From Bdellovibrionales bacterium (GTDB taxonomy: Bacteria > Bdellovibrionota > Bdellovibrionia > Bdellovibrionales > UBA1609): 64,000 nucleotides of DNA. Each line of letters opens with the position of its first letter. Within the stretch, counting starts at the first letter, position 1. A program made the translations under genes and the position numbers. The stretch is from NCBI GenBank assembly GCA_027317865.1, contig DAHVQG010000012.1, positions 18,336 to 82,335 of the forward strand, written 5' to 3'. Below the pieces are notes generated by a model that worked only from the letters and a program-made list of their open reading frames with translations, had not been told where the DNA came from and ran no database searches. Shown here piece after piece: positions 58,734-64,000 of the stretch.

Positions 58734-59075
58734 ATGTCCACGATATTTAAAAAGATTATCGACAAAGAAATCCCGGCCAAAGTCGTGTACGAAGACGATG
58801 TGTGCCTCGCGTTTCGCGACGTGAACCCGCAAGCACCGACGCATGTGCTGGTCATTCCGAAAAAAGAAATTCGGTCTTTAAACGAGGCTTCGACGCAGGA
58901 CAAAGAATTGCTTGGTCACATGTTACTTAAGTGCGGCGAAATCGCCCGTTCTTTGGGGGTGGCTGAAAGCGGCTACCGGGTCGTCATCAACACCAACAAC
59001 GACGGCGGGCAGACTGTTTTTCATCTTCATTTTCACTTGCTCGCCGGCCGCCCCATGACGTGGCCGCCAGGGTAA
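58734..59075 (+). CDS. Histidine triad nucleotide-binding protein (HinT-like)
   Basis: FRDVNPQAPTHVLVIPK, GQTVFHLHFHLL, WPPG. Confidence 0.95.
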   Translation: MSTIFKKIIDKEIPAKVVYEDDVCLAFRDVNPQAPTHVLVIPKKEIRSLNEASTQDKELLGHMLLKCGEIARSLGVAESGYRVVINTNNDGGQTVFHLHFHLLAGRPMTWPPG

Positions 59076-59092
59076 TTTGAGGCGCGACCACT

Positions 59093-59776
59093 CTATTTTT
59101 GAAGCGAATACCGCGCGTTTCGCGTTCGGCCCCTTTTTTTGAGTTTAAAAAACTTTTGCAGATCGCGCTCGGCCTGACGACGTTGAATGGCGAAGCGGCA
59201 GGCCTCCATATACTCCCCCACGGTGATTTCCCGATTGTTGAGTAGAAGACTTCGAAGAATGTGCTCGCGTGTCGTTCGATCCATAATTGTTGAAAATGTT
59301 CTTGCCATCGCCTTGTTGAATAGCGGCTCTGATTCATAAAATCCCCATTTTGCAAAAAAAGGATGCGAACGTTCGGACCGTTCGATGAGATTTCTCCCCG
59401 CCGGGCGAAAGATCCCGATCGTGAAAGACTGGTATGAAACGGGTTGAATTCCGGTCGTAATCAGTGCCTTGAAATGGCGAAAAAATTCGATCGCGGCCGG
59501 ATCCGAACTTTTGATGAGAGCCTCGACGTGTTCGAAAATGACCGCCAGGACCTGCGGCCAGGGCGAAGAAAAATTCAGTCGGCGTAACTTCATGACGTCT
59601 AATTTTTGCCAAATTCGAAATAGCTTCGTCACAAGAAGTTCACCAAGTCTCGGGTCAAAACGTGCCCATAAAGCAAATCGAATAACTTCGCTTTCTGTTA
59701 TTCGGCGCTTCGACTGCAGCATATTGTAAGCGCCAACGAGCTGTTTCATTGTGGGTATCGTCTTTAACCCTATCAT
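59093..59776 (-). CDS. Hypothetical basic protein with putative C-terminal winged HTH
   Basis: ATGA overlap with the upstream NTase; ITVGEYMEAC...RRQAERDL...GRTRNARY resembles DeoR/Fic-type wHTH. Confidence 0.7.
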   Translation of the reverse strand: MIGLKTIPTMKQLVGAYNMLQSKRRITESEVIRFALWARFDPRLGELLVTKLFRIWQKLDVMKLRRLNFSSPWPQVLAVIFEHVEALIKSSDPAAIEFFRHFKALITTGIQPVSYQSFTIGIFRPAGRNLIERSERSHPFFAKWGFYESEPLFNKAMARTFSTIMDRTTREHILRSLLLNNREITVGEYMEACRFAIQRRQAERDLQKFFKLKKRGRTRNARYSLQK

Positions 59777-60294
59777 ATTTGCAACTCGTCCAGAAAATCT
59801 AAAGCTCGGTCTGCGCCAGGTATTCGTTTGGCGCGCAATTTCTCAATGTGATTTTCAACAAATTTTATATCCGCGCCGGCACGAACAAGGGCGCGTGCAT
59901 GCGAAACGTCTTTTGCCCGCGCCGCAAAACACTTCATGATAAGCAAGTCTTCACGGCCTAACGCCAGAACTTCTAATTTTTCGCCCTTAAAAACGGATTT
60001 GAGCCGGTCGCCGTAATCTTGAGGGAGCGTATGGGTAAAAGTAGAAAAATAAGGATTCAGCCAGTCGGGCGGCAAATCCTGTTCGCGCGCAATTTTTTTA
60101 ACGAGCGGATCAAGTTCTTCAGGGGTCATCGATTTCGAAATCGCATCTAAATCAGTTGTCGCCAGCGGATAATGATGGGCCAAAATCATGGCGCCGCCAC
60201 CGCCTGCAACGAGAGTCACTTGACGATTCTTTAAAAGCTCGTCAAGACGGCGGAATGCCCGAAGAAAAATATTTTTTGACAGCGGTTTTTCCAT
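59773..60294 (-). CDS. DUF6036/AbiEii-like nucleotidyltransferase
   Basis: VAGGGGAM...ATTDLD, DWLN, EDLLIMK..A.R.KD. Confidence 0.78.
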   Translation of the reverse strand: MEKPLSKNIFLRAFRRLDELLKNRQVTLVAGGGGAMILAHHYPLATTDLDAISKSMTPEELDPLVKKIAREQDLPPDWLNPYFSTFTHTLPQDYGDRLKSVFKGEKLEVLALGREDLLIMKCFAARAKDVSHARALVRAGADIKFVENHIEKLRAKRIPGADRALDFLDELQI

Positions 60295-60365
60295 ATACTC
60301 CCTACCACGCGTCGATTTGCCGACGCCGAAATATATTTCAACGCCAAGCTTTTAAATCAATTATA

Positions 60366-60385
60366 CGACATTTTTAAAAATGTCG
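60366..60385. promoter_or_regulatory. Perfect 20-bp palindrome (candidate operator)
   Basis: CGACATTTTTAAAAATGTCG, ~70 bp upstream of the NTase start; second inverted repeat AATAAGGCG-N6-CGCCTTATT at 60387..60410. Confidence 0.6.
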
Positions 60386-60466
60386 CAATAAGGCGGCAGC
60401 GCGCCTTATTTTAGAGTGGTCTCAAATTTAGACAAACCGCACCGGCAACAAATTGTTGACCACGTC

Positions 60467-60494
60467 TAAAGTATTAACGAAAATTTACCGAAAC
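60467..60494 (+). promoter_or_regulatory. sigma28-type promoter (weaker)
   Basis: TAAAG-N15-ACCGAAAC, 9 nt before ATG 60504. Confidence 0.45.
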
Positions 60495-60503
60495 AGTATT
60501 GCT

Positions 60504-62270
60504 ATGGAATTAGTACGTTTGATGCCATCTGATTTTGAGACACCTGCGCTTAAACCAAGTGGTTTTTCGCTTATCGAACTCATGATTTCGGTTGGCATCT
60601 CGTCGATGATCGCCCTTGTCACTGGCGGCATAATTGTAAATGCCATGAAGACGATGCAAACGGCCAACAACCAAGGCGAAGCATCGTCGCTTGTCCAAAA
60701 CATCCGGGACGAACTCAGTGACGCAATGTACGCAAATACTGTGACCCTATCACCAACCACCGGCACGGCAACAGTTGCCGGCAGTTGCGCAAAATCGTTC
60801 AGCTTTGACGGCACAAGCATGCCGATGGGTAATGCCTCAACGCCTGGCTCAATCCTTTACGAGCTGGCCCATCCTAGCACGACTGATCCGAGTTCGACCT
60901 GCGTGCCGGTTATAATTACGCTTACACGTTCAAATAACGCAACCGTATCGGCTGATACAGGTTCAAACTCAGAGGCGAACGGTTCGGGTTACAGCTATAT
61001 AAAAAGCCTCGAATTTTGTGACCCCTCCACCGTGGAGTCTTCAAATACTTCAACGATTTATTCTGGCGAACTGTACATCAATCAATCGCTTGGTTCATCA
61101 AACGTGTTAGGAACACTCGCAAACGAGGTCATGGGTGCCGGTTACGGAGTGAAACAATATGTGTCGCGTATTGTGGTCGGCGTCGACAATACAACCGGCC
61201 AAACTGTGAGTTGCGATGCCCCCTCAAATTCTCAGATGAACGGGCAAAATTGCGTCGGCCCGGCGTTTCAATATGACGCCTCGACTCAGACGTGCAAGGC
61301 CGTCGCGGCACCGTCGGCAAGTTTTGCTTCGGCGACCATGTGCAAACCAATTGTTGATTATACCCATCAATTTACCGGCGTCGGATCAAATGGCATTTCA
61401 TGCGCCACTGTTACAAGTGTTTGCTCGGCCGCAGTTATGAGAAAACCCGGGCCATCCAACGACGCCATGGTTGCAGGTGGGTTTCATAACGGCCGGCTCG
61501 ATTGTGACCGCGAAGATTGGGTGCCACCATCTAACACAACGTGTAGCCCCACCAGCACCACCAATTCTTGCAATTATACACCCCCGAATTTGAATGTTGC
61601 CGGTACGGATATTACTGAAACTACGACGCCGAGCCCCTATTTAGGAGTAACTATTTCCCCGTCTCAAACAATGACCAGCACAGGCGGTATGCCAAACACG
61701 GCAAACGATAATGTGAACACTATTGCTGCGAATGGAACAGGTGGCATACCTAGCTATTGTCAAAGTCAGTTCGTAAATTATTTAGGTTGTTTGACGGCGA
61801 AAAACGACCTGGCCATTCAAGACTCTCCATACAGGCCCAAATGCACCGCCCTGCGCAGCACGCCGTGCTCACCTGCACCGGCAACGTCGACCGCTCCTAC
61901 AACCCCATCAGCCACTATTATAACCCCGCCGCATGGCCTTCCAGTAAGCACTAGTGGTCCAGCCGCTTCTACGCTGACTTGTTCGTGCGGCAGCGACCAA
62001 ACCGGGGTGGTCGAAATCGGCATCGGTGCATACTGCGGTTACTGCGCGCTACACGTCGATTCGGGTCTTGGTACTTATGTTGATCTAACAAACGTTGAAG
62101 AGTGCACGCAAGAAATCAACCCAGACGGCACAAAATTTGCCACGCTTGTACCCGTGCCAAATTCAACGATTCAATCTGATGCCGCTGGAGGGACGTTTTG
62201 TACGAATGATTATACATCGGGTCGGCGCGCGGTTATGCCCATTGGAGGTAGTAAATTTGAAGTCCAGTAA
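60504..62270 (+). CDS. Large Cys-rich prepilin-type protein
   Basis: SG|FSLIELMISVGISS motif; many Cys; T/S/P-rich linker. Start at ATG 60504 or 60522. Confidence 0.82.
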   Translation: MELVRLMPSDFETPALKPSGFSLIELMISVGISSMIALVTGGIIVNAMKTMQTANNQGEASSLVQNIRDELSDAMYANTVTLSPTTGTATVAGSCAKSFSFDGTSMPMGNASTPGSILYELAHPSTTDPSSTCVPVIITLTRSNNATVSADTGSNSEANGSGYSYIKSLEFCDPSTVESSNTSTIYSGELYINQSLGSSNVLGTLANEVMGAGYGVKQYVSRIVVGVDNTTGQTVSCDAPSNSQMNGQNCVGPAFQYDASTQTCKAVAAPSASFASATMCKPIVDYTHQFTGVGSNGISCATVTSVCSAAVMRKPGPSNDAMVAGGFHNGRLDCDREDWVPPSNTTCSPTSTTNSCNYTPPNLNVAGTDITETTTPSPYLGVTISPSQTMTSTGGMPNTANDNVNTIAANGTGGIPSYCQSQFVNYLGCLTAKNDLAIQDSPYRPKCTALRSTPCSPAPATSTAPTTPSATIITPPHGLPVSTSGPAASTLTCSCGSDQTGVVEIGIGAYCGYCALHVDSGLGTYVDLTNVEECTQEINPDGTKFATLVPVPNSTIQSDAAGGTFCTNDYTSGRRAVMPIGGSKFEVQ

Positions 62271-62318
62271 GGGGTTTGCTGATTTTAAGGTTAAAGTGAT
62301 TTAATTGAGAGGCACGAC

Positions 62319-64000
62319 GTGAAGATATTTGGTGCGTACAAAAATCAAAACGGCCAGGCTCTATTGCAATCGATGTTTGCAATGGCGGTTGTTATGATGA
62401 TTCTTGCAGGGGCCGCGCCACTTGGCCAAAGCGCCGCAAACCTTATGGCAAAAGCTCAGTTTAACTCCGACACGAGCGCTCTTAATAACGCTGTCATCGC
62501 CGTCGCAACAAACTCCGCAATGTGCCAGCCGACCAGCGGTCAGCCTTGGATACTCCCAGCCAATAAATCGCGAAACTGGAATAAGCCGACGCCTTGGGGC
62601 TCCGTTTTTCCGCTGATCAAGAAAGTGGGCCCGAACGAAATTGTTAATCCGGCCTTTTATGGCCCGCAAGGCACTTACGGCGTCCCCGTAATTGTTAAAC
62701 TGCCGTTTTTTAACCCTGGGCAAAGTAATCTAATTCAATTGGTTCAAGCGATTAACTCGAGCGGCGCCACCCCCTCGTTTCCGCAATTGGGATTACCGGG
62801 ACCGGGCACTCAATATTATTCACAATGGACCGAACTTCTCGGCGCCGAACCGCTCACGGTTTATAGCTTGCGTTTTATTCCAAATCCGACAAACACGAAC
62901 CCAATTTCACCGACCACCAGCGGAGCGACACAATACACCGTGCAAGGCACCTTACAATTAAGCGCCTCAACGACCGGTTCCGGAACTATCGCAACCAACA
63001 CACGGACCGTTGCGCAAATGGCCATGCTCGTCGGATCAAACGGCAGCGCGAACGGTTGCCAGGTTGTGAACTCAGACGCGTTTACATGTACTGAGTACGG
63101 TGGCATGTATAACCGAAATTTAGTTCCAAAATGCCGTTTTGGTTTTGTCGCGACCAATTGCGCAGGGTCTTATATCAGTAAACTTAATAGTGACGGCACG
63201 GCGACTTGTGCTCCGTCGTGGAAGCAAGATATCTGCCCGCCGGGCGACGCCGTTTCGGCCATCGCCAACGGCCAAGTGCAATGCACGAAAATCAACAGCG
63301 GGGCACCCGCCTATTTTACTTTCGCCTCGGCTGGCGAAACTGAAGCCCAAGGGGCTGGTCATATACCTCTCACGATTAATCTCTCGGCGGCGCAAACATC
63401 GGCGGTATCAGTGATGGTCAGCTACTATGTGACGAGCAGCACCGGCGCTGAAGGCACCGACTTTAGCGTTACGCAACAAAATCAAGTTATTAACTTCCCC
63501 GCGGGGAGCACGAGCGAGACTTATGACGTGAATGTCTTAAGCTCCGGAAAAACCGTCCCCGTCGACGTGCTATTCGCATTATCAAACCCCACTCCGAACA
63601 ATCTTGTCGTACTCGGCTCTCCTAACACAAACAAATTAGTTATCAACGCCGCCGCGACATGCCCGGCACAGTCAACCTGGAATTGGATTGCAAGCGGCAA
63701 TAGTTGTAGCGGGACGTACAATGAAAGCGCCCCGGCAACAGTTGGCACGACGACACCTTCGATTACCAATACCGTTGCCGGCTTTAACGGCTCGGCAACA
63801 TTTCAATGTACGAGTTCGGGATGGACACCCACCGGCACATGTACGCCGACGGCCGCACCAAACTCATGCGCCGGCGGCAGCGGCTCCTTAAACGTCGCGC
63901 CGATTTCATGCGTATCAGACCTTAATTTTTACGCTATGAAGTGCGGGACCAGCGGTGGTCCTCCAACAGTGTGTACTGCCCCTTTCGGGCAAAATTTATC
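62319..64000 (+). CDS. Pilin-like protein with Calx-beta-like domain and Cys-rich repeats, partial (not in ORF track)
   Basis: GAGAGG RBS, GTG 62319, frame read open to the window end; NG|QALLQSMFAMAVV; INLSAA...V.Y...GTDF...INFPAGSTSET (Calx-beta-like). Confidence 0.8.
   Translation, partial: MKIFGAYKNQNGQALLQSMFAMAVVMMILAGAAPLGQSAANLMAKAQFNSDTSALNNAVIAVATNSAMCQPTSGQPWILPANKSRNWNKPTPWGSVFPLIKKVGPNEIVNPAFYGPQGTYGVPVIVKLPFFNPGQSNLIQLVQAINSSGATPSFPQLGLPGPGTQYYSQWTELLGAEPLTVYSLRFIPNPTNTNPISPTTSGATQYTVQGTLQLSASTTGSGTIATNTRTVAQMAMLVGSNGSANGCQVVNSDAFTCTEYGGMYNRNLVPKCRFGFVATNCAGSYISKLNSDGTATCAPSWKQDICPPGDAVSAIANGQVQCTKINSGAPAYFTFASAGETEAQGAGHIPLTINLSAAQTSAVSVMVSYYVTSSTGAEGTDFSVTQQNQVINFPAGSTSETYDVNVLSSGKTVPVDVLFALSNPTPNNLVVLGSPNTNKLVINAAATCPAQSTWNWIASGNSCSGTYNESAPATVGTTTPSITNTVAGFNGSATFQCTSSGWTPTGTCTPTAAPNSCAGGSGSLNVAPISCVSDLNFYAMKCGTSGGPPTVCTAPFGQNL

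Overview
Bacterial chromosomal window, most likely from a Bdellovibrionota-type predator. This is an inference from its Agl-Glt-type gliding cluster, fibre adhesin, Cys-rich minor pilins and lipoprotein style. Housekeeping genes include fumC, an EVE-domain gene, purK, purE, a NamZ-like gene, tRNA-Pro(CGG), kdpE-kdpFABC-kdpD, pstSCAB, kdsA, kdsC, msrA, msrB and a HIT gene. A ~28 kb cell-envelope block (7.2-35.5 kb) contains four lipoproteins (three related, with thrombospondin-3-like Ca-binding repeats, two of them also with vWA domains) behind duplicated sigma54-type promoters. It also holds a complete ExbB/ExbD/ExbD/GltG/GltF/TPR/beta-barrel motor cluster, a phage-fibre-like adhesin with a candidate tip protein, and a FecR-FN3-barrel protein coupled to a HAMP-PP2C phosphatase. 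Later in the window are large pilin-like proteins, a YejM-like gene and a nucleotidyltransferase/HTH pair behind a perfect 20-bp palindrome. A recurrent GTCTCA-N3-TGAGAC palindrome and sigma28-type promoters mark many surface genes. Very basic, His-rich periplasmic segments hint at an acidophile. Three ORFs missing from the supplied track were read directly (1..671, kdpF, 62319..64000). No CRISPR array, rRNA, integrase or transposase was seen. All family assignments are by eye; no database search was run.
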